DNA of 64,000 nucleotides, from the sequence record PZ357121.2; one strand, given 5' to 3'. The translations under genes and the position numbers were made by a program. Positions 34,864-44,316 of the stretch are shown here, piece after piece. Under the pieces are notes generated by a model, which was not told the origin of the DNA, made no database searches, and saw only the letters and a program-made list of their open reading frames with translations. The stretch's first letter is position 1. The number at the start of each line of letters is the position of its first letter. This DNA comes from a phage.

Positions 34864-36548
34864 TAGATTCGTTCCCATTGATGAGTGATATCGCCACCGA
34901 TTGGACGATAAGAAACACCAGTTTCTTTATCAGTTAGTACCCATTTACCAGGATTTTTTGTAATCAGAGTAGCCGTTACAGGTTCTGCTACATCATAACT
35001 AATAGTGCCGTCCTGAAGTACACGGCCCATGTTACGTAATTGCTTAGTCAGAAGTTCCATACCTTTATAATATGCGGCTACCGCTTTAAGTGGATTATTC
35101 TTGAAATAACCACCTAATGCAATCCAGATAATTGCCACTGCCAAATGATGATACTCGTTAAACGAACTCATCTTTCCATATTTGTAAACTAACGGATTGA
35201 TGTTAATAGTCACATTACAAGTTGTTTCATCAATAGTAAACTGTCCCCAAGTCGGATTAGCGTTGAATTCATCATAACCTGAAACAGCGTAAAGCACTTT
35301 AGCTTCATCATACAATTTTGGCCCATAAATCTTGGTTTCACCAAAATATCCACGAGGGTCGATAAACTTGACTTCACCATTATCAGTAATCATAGTATTA
35401 CTGAAGTTCGGGTCACCATGAATAACAGAGTACTGTCCCTGAGAACGGTTATGATAACGAATAAGGTGTTCTAAAGCTTGTTTCAACATTGGCTTCAGAC
35501 GCCCAATCTTAGTGTAGTTCACATGTGTGATTTTACCAAATGAATCAATCAATGGTTGAATACTTTCACAACGATCAATAACTTTAGTATAGAATTCTTT
35601 AGTGAAATCACGACGAACAGTTTCAGGACTTACAAAATAAGTGTCTGTGCTGAATTTCAGTGCATCTAAAATTGCATCAACAATTTGTGGACGAGCAAGA
35701 CTTGATTTGGATTTAATATATTCAAATGCCGGCTTACCTTTAATGCGTTCCATTTCAAAGTTATTTTCATTAACAGAAACTAACTGAGGAACTGAATCTG
35801 ATTTCACTTTAAGATACCATGAAATCTCATCTTTCTGAAGAGCTCGGCCCTGTTCGGTTAATGCGAATTTAGTTACAGTTTCTTCACCAATTTCAACTGC
35901 ATTAAAACTACGATTAAGTTCACGAACTTCATGAGCTTTTTCAAGTTTAGGCATATCACCTAAATCAATTAGATTCATAAGCTCTGATTTATTGAATGCG
36001 CTGCCGTAAAGGAATTCTACGAAATCACGTCCTTTGCAGTATTCATGAATTTCCTCATCAGTAGAACCCATATAGAATTCCCAGTCTTTGAACTGATAAA
36101 TTCCTACAACATTACCACCTGTTGAACCTACATTAGTGATATTTTCACCGTCGAAATTATATCGACATTCGTCACCCTTAACATAGATTGCGTTAACATT
36201 CCAAGACCACGAACCAAAATCAGGAATAATATCACACCAGTTAACAATTACATTATGGCCGTCTAAATCTTTGTGCAATTTAGCAAGAGCATAAGCAGAA
36301 CCATACGCTTCATCAACTGTACGAATAGTCACATTGAACCCTTCTTGCTCACAATAAGCTCGAACAGTTTCAGCAAATTTTGAATGAACTACTACAATAA
36401 TTTCATCTGCGCCAAGGTCAGAATAAATTGTATACAAATTGCTCAGAATAGTGTCTTGTTTATAGTTAACAAGCACCTTAGGAATATGATGCGTTATTGG
36501 ATACAAACGAGTTGCCAGTCCAGCACCAAGAATAACAGCTTTTTTCAT
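34863..36548 (-). CDS. bifunctional sugar-1-phosphate nucleotidyltransferase / sugar kinase (561 aa)
   Basis: N-terminus MKKAVILGAGLATRL is the nucleotidyltransferase G-x-G-x-R signature; C-terminal IHGDPNFSNTMIT is an APH/choline-kinase-type catalytic loop. Confidence 0.75.
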   Translation of the reverse strand: MKKAVILGAGLATRLYPITHHIPKVLVNYKQDTILSNLYTIYSDLGADEIIVVVHSKFAETVRAYCEQEGFNVTIRTVDEAYGSAYALAKLHKDLDGHNVIVNWCDIIPDFGSWSWNVNAIYVKGDECRYNFDGENITNVGSTGGNVVGIYQFKDWEFYMGSTDEEIHEYCKGRDFVEFLYGSAFNKSELMNLIDLGDMPKLEKAHEVRELNRSFNAVEIGEETVTKFALTEQGRALQKDEISWYLKVKSDSVPQLVSVNENNFEMERIKGKPAFEYIKSKSSLARPQIVDAILDALKFSTDTYFVSPETVRRDFTKEFYTKVIDRCESIQPLIDSFGKITHVNYTKIGRLKPMLKQALEHLIRYHNRSQGQYSVIHGDPNFSNTMITDNGEVKFIDPRGYFGETKIYGPKLYDEAKVLYAVSGYDEFNANPTWGQFTIDETTCNVTININPLVYKYGKMSSFNEYHHLAVAIIWIALGGYFKNNPLKAVAAYYKGMELLTKQLRNMGRVLQDGTISYDVAEPVTATLITKNPGKWVLTDKETGVSYRPIGGDITHQWERI

Positions 36549-36589
36549 GTTGTGGTCCTCATTGGTAAGTAGGAGTATTGTACACTATT

Positions 36590-36733
36590 CTAGTTAAAGC
36601 ATTCATACTTTGCTTGTAGTCCAATCATAATCCATCCGATTATAAGAGTCGGAATCATTACTGGAGCCGTTAAGCTCCAGTAGATAGTCATGACAAGCAT
36701 CAATAGTAAAAGTCCTATTGTTATTGCTTTCAT
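36590..36733 (-). CDS. small membrane peptide (47 aa, 2 TM)
   Basis: ORF below cutoff; ATG overlaps SIS gene TGA (ATGA coupling); hydrophobic. Confidence 0.45.
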   Translation of the reverse strand: MKAITIGLLLLMLVMTIYWSLTAPVMIPTLIIGWIMIGLQAKYECFN

Positions 36734-37365
36734 TGTTCGCCTCGTAACATGGCACCTAGTGCACCACCAGGGTGGAACTTAAGGAAGTCATTAGAGGTAA
36801 ATCCACGTTCAGACGAAAGGTTGATAGCAAACGTATCGATAAGCGCTAACAACAATGTAGTGGACATGGTCGGAGCCAGAGAATTCTCATCAACCTCTAC
36901 TGCGATGCCTGTACAGAACGTATAATCAAAAAGAGCTTCGTATTCTTGTGGAATGTCCGGGTTACAATGCAACAGAATCTGTTTGACGTTCGGACGAATC
37001 ATTTTAAGATGCTTAGCCACGCCTATCATTTCTTCAGTTTTACCAGAACGACTAATATGAATCAACACATCATTAGGCGCAATGAATCCTGCATCACCGT
37101 GAGAATAATGCCCAGTGTTCAAGTACATACTCGGGATACCAAGTGAAGCAAATGTCTCAGAAGCTTTAGTTGCAATATTAGCATTCTTACCAACACCTGT
37201 AATAATTACTCGGCTTTCATAATTACTAAGTCCTGGGCGTCGAAGAGTTTCTAGAATAGCATTATAACGAGCAGGGTTTTGACTAATTACTTTGGCCATA
37301 GCGGCCAAAGAAGAAGCTTGTTTTATGATTGCGTCAATAGCGATAGTAATAGGAGTAGTTTTCAT
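36730..37365 (-). CDS. SIS-domain sugar-phosphate isomerase (211 aa)
   Basis: ATG ORF; SIS signatures GVGKNANIA and HISRSGKTEEM as in GmhA/KdsD-type isomerases. Confidence 0.75.
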   Translation of the reverse strand: MKTTPITIAIDAIIKQASSLAAMAKVISQNPARYNAILETLRRPGLSNYESRVIITGVGKNANIATKASETFASLGIPSMYLNTGHYSHGDAGFIAPNDVLIHISRSGKTEEMIGVAKHLKMIRPNVKQILLHCNPDIPQEYEALFDYTFCTGIAVEVDENSLAPTMSTTLLLALIDTFAINLSSERGFTSNDFLKFHPGGALGAMLRGEQ

Positions 37366-37405
37366 ATTTCTCTCATTTAATTAGTTTACCGTCCATGTCA
37401 TTATA

Positions 37406-40117
37406 TCAAAAATCGAACATATCGAACAGAGATGCTTTCTTCTCGTAATCGAGTTTCGCTGCTGATGTGAATCCTTCAAGTGGTTTAATAAATGTCTTCT
37501 CAAGGAGAACAGTGTAGTCCATCCAATGAAGTACATCGTCTTTAATTAAATCTGTGATTTCAGTACCAGAAGGCCATGCGATACATTTATCACCGAATGG
37601 GTTTCCTTCACGTAAAGGCAGAACATATACTTTTTCACCTTCTACAACTTGCGGTGCATCGATATTACCTTTGATAGCCCGGTTATACGTCAGAATTCCA
37701 CGAATATGGAACGGGCATTTAGGACCAGGGAATCCACCTACATCATATTTAGCAATGTTATTCGCAGAAGATACCGACGCGATGCTAATATAATTCAATT
37801 GACGGAATTCTTTTTCAAACTCTTTAAAATATTCTTGTAATGATTCTTCACCTTCTTGAAGCATACGACGAATACATTCTTTAAGAGCTTTCTGTACTGC
37901 TTTAGGAGTCGAAGATTTCTGAGTCTCTAGACCCATGATTTTGAGTTTAGGCTCAGCGTATCTGGTTCCTTCCATATCCCACACGTTTAATGCATAACGT
38001 TTCTTACCAGTCCAGAATCCACCAATACCTTTAGAACCGAGTGGAGGACCAGCGATAGCTTCTCGGTCCATGAACATTAAGTGTTGTTTATTGTTCATGT
38101 ATTCACACATTTCACGGAAACCTCTATCAATAGCAGGTTCCATACGTTCACGTGCAAACTTATCTAAGAAGTCTACCCAATGGTTGGTATCACGGAATTT
38201 AGATTCACCAACCTTATCGATAATTTTATCAGCAGATACGTAAATAGAGTCCGTATCACCATAAAGAACGAAAGCTTCACCTTCCGTACCACAAACTTCA
38301 TTCAGATATTCATTAACTTTACGTTCAATCCACTGTAAAGCCATTTGACCAAATGTTGTGATTGCAGTAGCATTACGCAAATCATAATAACGGAACCAAA
38401 CGTTGCCAAGTGCACCATAAAGTGAGTTGATAAGCAATTTACGGTTAATTTGGGCAGTCATACCTGCAACTTCAGTACGTTGAGCTCTAAACAACATTTC
38501 GTTAAGAGATTTAGCGGACAACTTTTTAATCTTTTCTTTAATCTCATCACTGAAGTCGAAACGATAATCAACATCTAATGGTTCGTCAACAGAAAGATTA
38601 GGATTATGCAATGCCTCTTTAATTATTTCACCATTACGTTGAGCTGCAAGCATGTAACCTTTATGTTCTTTACGTTGATTAAAGACCTTAGTGATTTCAG
38701 TTGGAACAACACCGTCACGGTCTTTATAATACATCATGCCGTTAGGAGAGCAACTATACACATCTGAAGGACGTTCAGCAACAGCGTTAATATAATCATG
38801 CAATGGAGCTACTTTAAACGTTCCTGCTATTGTTTCTGGGCTAATATTCACTTGGCGAATAATACTTGGATACAGAGATGTAAGGTCGAAACTCATTACA
38901 TATTTGTATCGATTTGGAATAGGTTCCTTAACAAAAGCGCCGGGATAAGGTTGAACCGGGTGAGAACGACCTTGTGGAATCACCTTGTTCTGCTCTTTAA
39001 GGCTATTAAAAATAATAGCATCCCATGTTTTAATTGGGCTAAACACAGATTGAATCTGAATTTTAGCATAATAACCCATGTCCAAACTCAAGTTGATGAA
39101 CTGACGCTTAGCATCAATTTGCAATACACGATACACGTCGATAATGTTATAAGAAATATATCGTTGGTGATTGCTTTCACGAAGCTTAGAAATAGGGCCG
39201 TCATATTTCAGTTTACCAACGTTCAATTCAAATTCTGAAATGTAATCCAGAGAATATGATGGTTGATTGGTAAAAGAGAATTTTTTGTAAAGGTCAATGT
39301 AATCAAGAACAGAGATACCGAACAATGTAATGATTTCACGAGAACCATACATGTTTTCGATAACTTTAACACGAGTTTTACGATGTGGTGACAAACGTTT
39401 CGCAGTAGATTCGCCAAAAATATTCTTGATTCGGTTATACACATATGGAATATCAAATGACTCAACGTTCCATCCAGTCAAAATGACAGGAGTTTTTTGT
39501 TGCCAGAAGTTGAGATATTCCATCAACAATTCTTTTTCGTTATCGAACGGCATATAAATGATTTTATCGATAATTTCGGATGGAACTTCATCACCACCTT
39601 GTTCTTGAAGCTTAGCCGCAATTTCAATAGACCATTCTTCTACATTACCATATGGAGAATTCAATAGATCAAATACGTAGAACCTGTCATCAATTGAGTC
39701 ATAATGGGTGATAGCATCAATTGGATGTTTTGCTTGTGACGGCTCAGGGAACCCATCTGGAGATGTTACTTCGATGTCGAAGTTAGCCACACGAATTTTT
39801 GTATGGTCGTATTTAATTTCATAGTTATAAGTGTCAGACAAATACGCCAATTTGAAATCGTCCATGCCAAGTGCTTCAAGTCCGATATCTTCCATGCGTT
39901 TAATCCATTGGGAGGCATCACGCATATTAGCGAACAACTTACGAGTACACGGCTTACCATAGATATCGAAATATTTCGTAGCCTGACTTTCCGGACAATG
40001 AGCAAACAGTGATGGTTTATATTCTACTTCACGAGTACGTTCACGGCCGTTAGAATCGATGTAACGTTCAAAAATTGAATCACCAATCTGTTCAACCGTT
40101 AAGTAAAATTCTTTCAT
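37406..40117 (-). CDS. 43: DNA polymerase gp43 (family B, 903 aa)
   Basis: ATG ORF; MKEFYLTVEQIGDSIFERYIDSNGRERTRE..., exonuclease and YGDTDS polymerase motifs; 903 aa and sequence match recalled RB69 polymerase. Confidence 0.95.
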   Translation of the reverse strand: MKEFYLTVEQIGDSIFERYIDSNGRERTREVEYKPSLFAHCPESQATKYFDIYGKPCTRKLFANMRDASQWIKRMEDIGLEALGMDDFKLAYLSDTYNYEIKYDHTKIRVANFDIEVTSPDGFPEPSQAKHPIDAITHYDSIDDRFYVFDLLNSPYGNVEEWSIEIAAKLQEQGGDEVPSEIIDKIIYMPFDNEKELLMEYLNFWQQKTPVILTGWNVESFDIPYVYNRIKNIFGESTAKRLSPHRKTRVKVIENMYGSREIITLFGISVLDYIDLYKKFSFTNQPSYSLDYISEFELNVGKLKYDGPISKLRESNHQRYISYNIIDVYRVLQIDAKRQFINLSLDMGYYAKIQIQSVFSPIKTWDAIIFNSLKEQNKVIPQGRSHPVQPYPGAFVKEPIPNRYKYVMSFDLTSLYPSIIRQVNISPETIAGTFKVAPLHDYINAVAERPSDVYSCSPNGMMYYKDRDGVVPTEITKVFNQRKEHKGYMLAAQRNGEIIKEALHNPNLSVDEPLDVDYRFDFSDEIKEKIKKLSAKSLNEMLFRAQRTEVAGMTAQINRKLLINSLYGALGNVWFRYYDLRNATAITTFGQMALQWIERKVNEYLNEVCGTEGEAFVLYGDTDSIYVSADKIIDKVGESKFRDTNHWVDFLDKFARERMEPAIDRGFREMCEYMNNKQHLMFMDREAIAGPPLGSKGIGGFWTGKKRYALNVWDMEGTRYAEPKLKIMGLETQKSSTPKAVQKALKECIRRMLQEGEESLQEYFKEFEKEFRQLNYISIASVSSANNIAKYDVGGFPGPKCPFHIRGILTYNRAIKGNIDAPQVVEGEKVYVLPLREGNPFGDKCIAWPSGTEITDLIKDDVLHWMDYTVLLEKTFIKPLEGFTSAAKLDYEKKASLFDMFDF

Positions 40118-40198
40118 TTAATTTCCTTTAGACGAGTTATTGTCTTTTGTTTGTTGATGAACTTATTATACTCCAAATGGGACCGAAGTCCCATTGCT

Positions 40199-40567
40199 TT
40201 AATTACCAATTGTATATTTTGCTTTCAAAGTCCAGTCATCTTTCTGTTTAAAAGAGATAACACGGAAGTTATTAGTCAGGCCAAACAGATCTTCACGAGC
40301 AGAGTCTTCAATAACAATCAACCCCCAGTCTTCAAGCAACTGAGCAATCGAATCACGTCGCTGATAGTCTTCACCATCAATATCAACCTGACGTCCGTCC
40401 ATACGCAGCATTTCTTTAAAGTGGACGATGTAGTATTTACCTTGCTTTTGGAGGATATGACAGGACTGATAAAGAACTTTATCCTTGTTATTAGCGATGC
40501 CCATACGGGTCAAAGTCTCTTTGACTTTCAGAAAATCTTCAGGGTTCTTCAATTTAATTTCAATCAT
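40199..40567 (-). CDS. regA: translational repressor RegA (122 aa)
   Basis: ATG at 40567 (MIEIKLKNPEDFLKVKETLTRMGIANNKDKVLYQSCHILQK...) matches recalled T4 RegA; follows gene 62. Confidence 0.85.
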   Translation of the reverse strand: MIEIKLKNPEDFLKVKETLTRMGIANNKDKVLYQSCHILQKQGKYYIVHFKEMLRMDGRQVDIDGEDYQRRDSIAQLLEDWGLIVIEDSAREDLFGLTNNFRVISFKQKDDWTLKAKYTIGN

Positions 40568-40569
40568 TT

Positions 40570-41133
40570 TTACCATTCCAATGCTAATTTTTTAAATTGT
40601 TTTTGTTCTTTCACATTTTTTGTAACTTCTTTGAGAAACTCATCAGTGACCATGGCCTTCAGCTCTTTAAGGACTATTGGCAACTTGTTATTTTTTTCAA
40701 GGAGCCGCTTATACTCGGTAGCATCATTCATGTTGATTGTGTAATGTTTCATCAACAGTTTGATAACTAGTAACTCTGAAGTGTCTTCGACTAGTTTAGC
40801 CCATTTAGAGAATCGACGACCACGCGGAATTGCCGCCATCATATAGTTGAAGTGCGCTTCATCACTTAATTCAGAACCTACTAAGTTCATCATGTAAACA
40901 GCTGGCATACATTCCGGGAACTGGGATAATGAGTTCTCAACCATAAATTTTGAGTAGTCGACCTGAGCAATTGACATAGATTTCTTTTCATTAATAGCAT
41001 TAATGATTTTAAAGAATTCATTCTCAGGTTTTTCTTTAAACATGTCAGCACATTTTTGAATCGCATCAGCGTCATTAGACTTCCATGCAATTTGGTGCTC
41101 GTTAAGTTGGACGTCATCATCAAATAAGTTCAT
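40570..41133 (-). CDS. 62: clamp loader small subunit gp62 (187 aa)
   Basis: ATG ORF; ...QLNEHQ...[25 protein letters not shown]... matches recalled T4 gp62. Confidence 0.9.
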   Translation of the reverse strand: MNLFDDDVQLNEHQIAWKSNDADAIQKCADMFKEKPENEFFKIINAINEKKSMSIAQVDYSKFMVENSLSQFPECMPAVYMMNLVGSELSDEAHFNYMMAAIPRGRRFSKWAKLVEDTSELLVIKLLMKHYTINMNDATEYKRLLEKNNKLPIVLKELKAMVTDEFLKEVTKNVKEQKQFKKLALEW

Positions 41134-41134
41134 A

Positions 41135-42097
41135 TTATTTCCAAGTCAGTTCGCAGGTCAGTTGAAGAAGCATATACATAACATGTAATTCAATATTACT
41201 TGCTAATCCATGAAACTTATTATTTTCGCCTGCAATTTCATAAAGCGAAATAATACTTTTACCTGGTGCAACTTTGTCATAACACTCAGAAACTAATTTA
41301 TCGATGAACCATGAATAATCAGCGGCATATTTTGGAGCTAATGCACGAAGTTGTTTGATATCTTTATTCTTCATTGCTTCGATAACGTCAGAGACTGTGC
41401 CACGATCATTGGTTACAATCGACAAAATACCTGCATCAAGAACACCTTTAGACGAGTACTGGTCTAATTGGCCAATTGTACGACGAAAGTCTGGGAAGTT
41501 CTTTTTAACCAGAGCTGCAACAACTTTCATATCAGCGATTTCGATATTTTCGTTCTTACAGATTTCAACCATGCGATGAATCATTTTCTTCATCATTGAG
41601 ATTTTATCTTCTTCGGTTGGACGTCCGAATTCGATAACTCGACAACGACTACGTAACGGTTCAATAATTCCATCGATGTTGTTAGCAGTAATAATAATAG
41701 AACAGTTACTAGAGAATTCTTCCATAAATGTACGAAGGTGTCGTTGTGATTCAGCAAGGCCACTACGGTCAAATTCATCGATAACGATAACTTTCGGCTT
41801 GCCTTCCATTGAGACTGAACGAGCGAATGCAGTTAACGGACCGCGTACAAAATCAATCTTACAATCAGAACCGTTGACGAACATCATTTCGGCGTTGATA
41901 TCGTTACATAATGCTTTTGCTACGGTTGTTTTACCGGTACCAGGAGATGGAGAGTGTAAAATAATATGAGGAAGTTTTCCTTTAGATACTAAAGACTTGA
42001 ATGTTTCATGGTCATACGCAGGCAGAATACATTCGTCAATGGAAGAAGGACGATATTTCTGTTCCAGAATGTGTTCTTTAGAATTGATAGTAATCAT
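41135..42097 (-). CDS. 44: clamp loader large subunit gp44 (AAA+ ATPase, 320 aa)
   Basis: ATG ORF; Walker [18 protein letters not shown] motif. Confidence 0.95.
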   Translation of the reverse strand: MITINSKEHILEQKYRPSSIDECILPAYDHETFKSLVSKGKLPHIILHSPSPGTGKTTVAKALCNDINAEMMFVNGSDCKIDFVRGPLTAFARSVSMEGKPKVIVIDEFDRSGLAESQRHLRTFMEEFSSNCSIIITANNIDGIIEPLRSRCRVIEFGRPTEEDKISMMKKMIHRMVEICKNENIEIADMKVVAALVKKNFPDFRRTIGQLDQYSSKGVLDAGILSIVTNDRGTVSDVIEAMKNKDIKQLRALAPKYAADYSWFIDKLVSECYDKVAPGKSIISLYEIAGENNKFHGLASNIELHVMYMLLQLTCELTWK

Positions 42098-42172
42098 GTA
42101 ATTTTCCTCATTGTCATTAAACTGGAGGATTTCTCCTCCATAATCATACTACATTAAACGTAAAGCTTTGTC

Positions 42173-42859
42173 TTAGAAGTCGTGGGTAGAATCAGCTTCC
42201 ATTGCAATAACATAACTTACTTGAGAGCTTTCAAACTTAGCTGCAACTTTATCACCAGCTCCCCACAACATTACTTTATAGTTACCTGGCTGGATTTTCA
42301 TATTAGCCATATTGATTACGAAGTTAAAGTTGTTAGAACCATCATAATCGGTAAGAGTCAAAGAATACTTAGGACGAGTTAGTCCGGAATCTTCAACTTT
42401 ATTATAGCCATTGATAACAATTTTACCATCTTTATTTGTAATAGCAATTGTATCAATCTGAAGACCACGTGAAACTCGAAGCAATTGTTGAAGGTCTTCA
42501 GCTTTAATTTCAGTAATCACAGAAGCCACTGGGAATTGAATTGGCTTATTAGGAAAAACAATGGTGCTCTTGTCAGCGGCAGGCCAATAAACTGTGGAAC
42601 GTGTATCTGCAATTTTAATATTGCCATCAGTGTGCATTGAAATTTCAGCATCATCAGACACTAGACTCAAAATGCTTAAGAAGCTATTCAAATCATAAAG
42701 TGCTACGTCAAAATCAATTTCATCAGAGATATTTGCTTCCGCATAAGTGGTGCCATTAACTGCACGAGTCATAATAAATTTACCTTGACTCAGCAGAATA
42801 CCAGAGTTAATAGAGGCAAAGTTTTTCAGAATAGCGATAGTATCTTTAGACAGTTTCAT
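42173..42859 (-). CDS. 45: sliding clamp gp45 (228 aa)
   Basis: ATG at 42859 (MKLSKDTIAILKNFASINSGI...) matches recalled T4 gp45; track ORF has a 5-codon extension. Confidence 0.9.
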   Translation of the reverse strand: MKLSKDTIAILKNFASINSGILLSQGKFIMTRAVNGTTYAEANISDEIDFDVALYDLNSFLSILSLVSDDAEISMHTDGNIKIADTRSTVYWPAADKSTIVFPNKPIQFPVASVITEIKAEDLQQLLRVSRGLQIDTIAITNKDGKIVINGYNKVEDSGLTRPKYSLTLTDYDGSNNFNFVINMANMKIQPGNYKVMLWGAGDKVAAKFESSQVSYVIAMEADSTHDF

Positions 42860-42901
42860 TTTATTTCCTTTCAAGACAATTCAAAGTTTATAACAAATTT
42901 A

Positions 42902-43318
42902 TTATGCAGCAACCATCTGCTTTTTAATAGCTTCAGGCAGTGATTCAATATATTCTGGAATTTTAGAAGCAACAATTTCGCCAGCTGCAATTAGTTGTTC
43001 GTCGGCATCAACACAGTAAAAATCTTCAAGGCGCTCAGAACCGTCTTTATCAAGAACGATTTTAGCACCTGCTTCGATAGAATCTTTATAGTGTTTACGC
43101 ATCAGATGAATCCACATATCAGATACATCGTTATCAATAAAACCATAAATCATAAAACGAGTTTCTTGCGGCAAAGATTGGAGTTTTTTAGCACTTGCGT
43201 CATCACAATGCAGGACCCATGCTTTACGAACACGATTATGGTTATGTGGGTTAGCGTCAGTACGGATAGAAGTAACTTTCAGATCAGCAGCAGTGAAACC
43301 TTTAGCAGTAGTAAACAT
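42902..43318 (-). CDS. hypothetical protein (138 aa; rpbA-like position)
   Basis: ATG ORF between 45.2-like and 45, where T4 rpbA lies; identity not verified. Confidence 0.55.
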   Translation of the reverse strand: MFTTAKGFTAADLKVTSIRTDANPHNHNRVRKAWVLHCDDASAKKLQSLPQETRFMIYGFIDNDVSDMWIHLMRKHYKDSIEAGAKIVLDKDGSERLEDFYCVDADEQLIAAGEIVASKIPEYIESLPEAIKKQMVAA

Positions 43319-43330
43319 ATTATTTCTCTC

Positions 43331-43522
43331 TTATTCGTAGAAGTCGGTAACTGTCCATGCGGAATTGCGATTAGACATTATTTTATTATACTCATCTTTA
43401 AAAGCAGATTTGAGCATTTGTTCAGTAACAATATGTTCTTCACCTGAAAACGTATTGGTCAAAACATATTTTTTAATTTCAGGGACAACGAGAAGATGTT
43501 GTCCGGTTGAATACTCCGCCAT
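43331..43522 (-). CDS. hypothetical protein (63 aa; 45.2-like position)
   Basis: ATG ORF. Confidence 0.5.
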   Translation of the reverse strand: MAEYSTGQHLLVVPEIKKYVLTNTFSGEEHIVTEQMLKSAFKDEYNKIMSNRNSAWTVTDFYE

Positions 43523-43546
43523 TATAAATCTCCGTGTTTAAAGCAA

Positions 43547-43554
43547 TATAAATA
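43547..43554 (+). promoter_or_regulatory. T4 late promoter TATAAATA on + strand upstream of HNH endonuclease
   Basis: Exact TATAAATA about 45 nt upstream of the + strand ATG at 43600. Confidence 0.5.
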
Positions 43555-43599
43555 GGTTTATCAATTTATCTGTTGCTGTATCAAATAAGGATTTAGTAA

Positions 43600-44316
43600 A
43601 TGAATTATAACTCAATATACGAAAAGCTTATCACCAATGCTAAATCAAGAAGTTTAGATGGTTATACAGAACGTCATCACATTATACCACAATGTTTAGG
43701 TGGAAGTGATGATGCTTTAAACTTAGTAGACTTAACACCAGAAGAACATTATTTGGCACATCAACTGTTGGTAAAAATCCATCCAGATAATGCCTCTTTA
43801 ATATATGCTGCTCGTATGATGACTATCTCATCTCCTAAAGCAGATAGAAGCAAAAACAAATTATTTGGATGGCTTCGACGTAAGAATCAAGAAGTTCAAA
43901 AGAACAAAGAATTCACTGCTGAAACCCGTAAGAAAATGTCCGAGTCTGCAAAAAATAAACCAAAGATTACATGTCCACACTGCGGTTTAACCGGCACTGA
44001 AGGAAACATGAGACGTTGGCATTTTGATAACTGTAAACAGGGCCCTACGCCTAAAATAGTAAAACTTGATCAAGAAACAAAGGATAAAATAATTAAAACC
44101 ATGGCCACGAAAATTTGGAAAGAAGATTCTTGCCCGTTTTGTGGCTTAACTACTAAGTTATCGGCGTTAAAGCCGCATATAAAATTCTGTAAATCAAATC
44201 CTAACAGAAAGAAAAAAGAGGACAAGAAAATTAAATGTCCTCATTGCGATAAAATAGGGATCCCTGCTAATATGCATCGTTGGCATTTTGATAACTGTAA
44301 ACATAAGCCTCATTAA
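43600..44316 (+). CDS. free-standing HNH homing endonuclease with three C-terminal zinc-knuckle repeats (238 aa)
   Basis: ATG ORF on + strand with AAGGA SD; HNH core ERHHIIPQCLGGSDDALNLVDLTPEEHYLAH; three copies of CP(H/F)CG...(NM(R/H)RWHFDNCK). Confidence 0.8.
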   Translation: MNYNSIYEKLITNAKSRSLDGYTERHHIIPQCLGGSDDALNLVDLTPEEHYLAHQLLVKIHPDNASLIYAARMMTISSPKADRSKNKLFGWLRRKNQEVQKNKEFTAETRKKMSESAKNKPKITCPHCGLTGTEGNMRRWHFDNCKQGPTPKIVKLDQETKDKIIKTMATKIWKEDSCPFCGLTTKLSALKPHIKFCKSNPNRKKKEDKKIKCPHCDKIGIPANMHRWHFDNCKHKPH

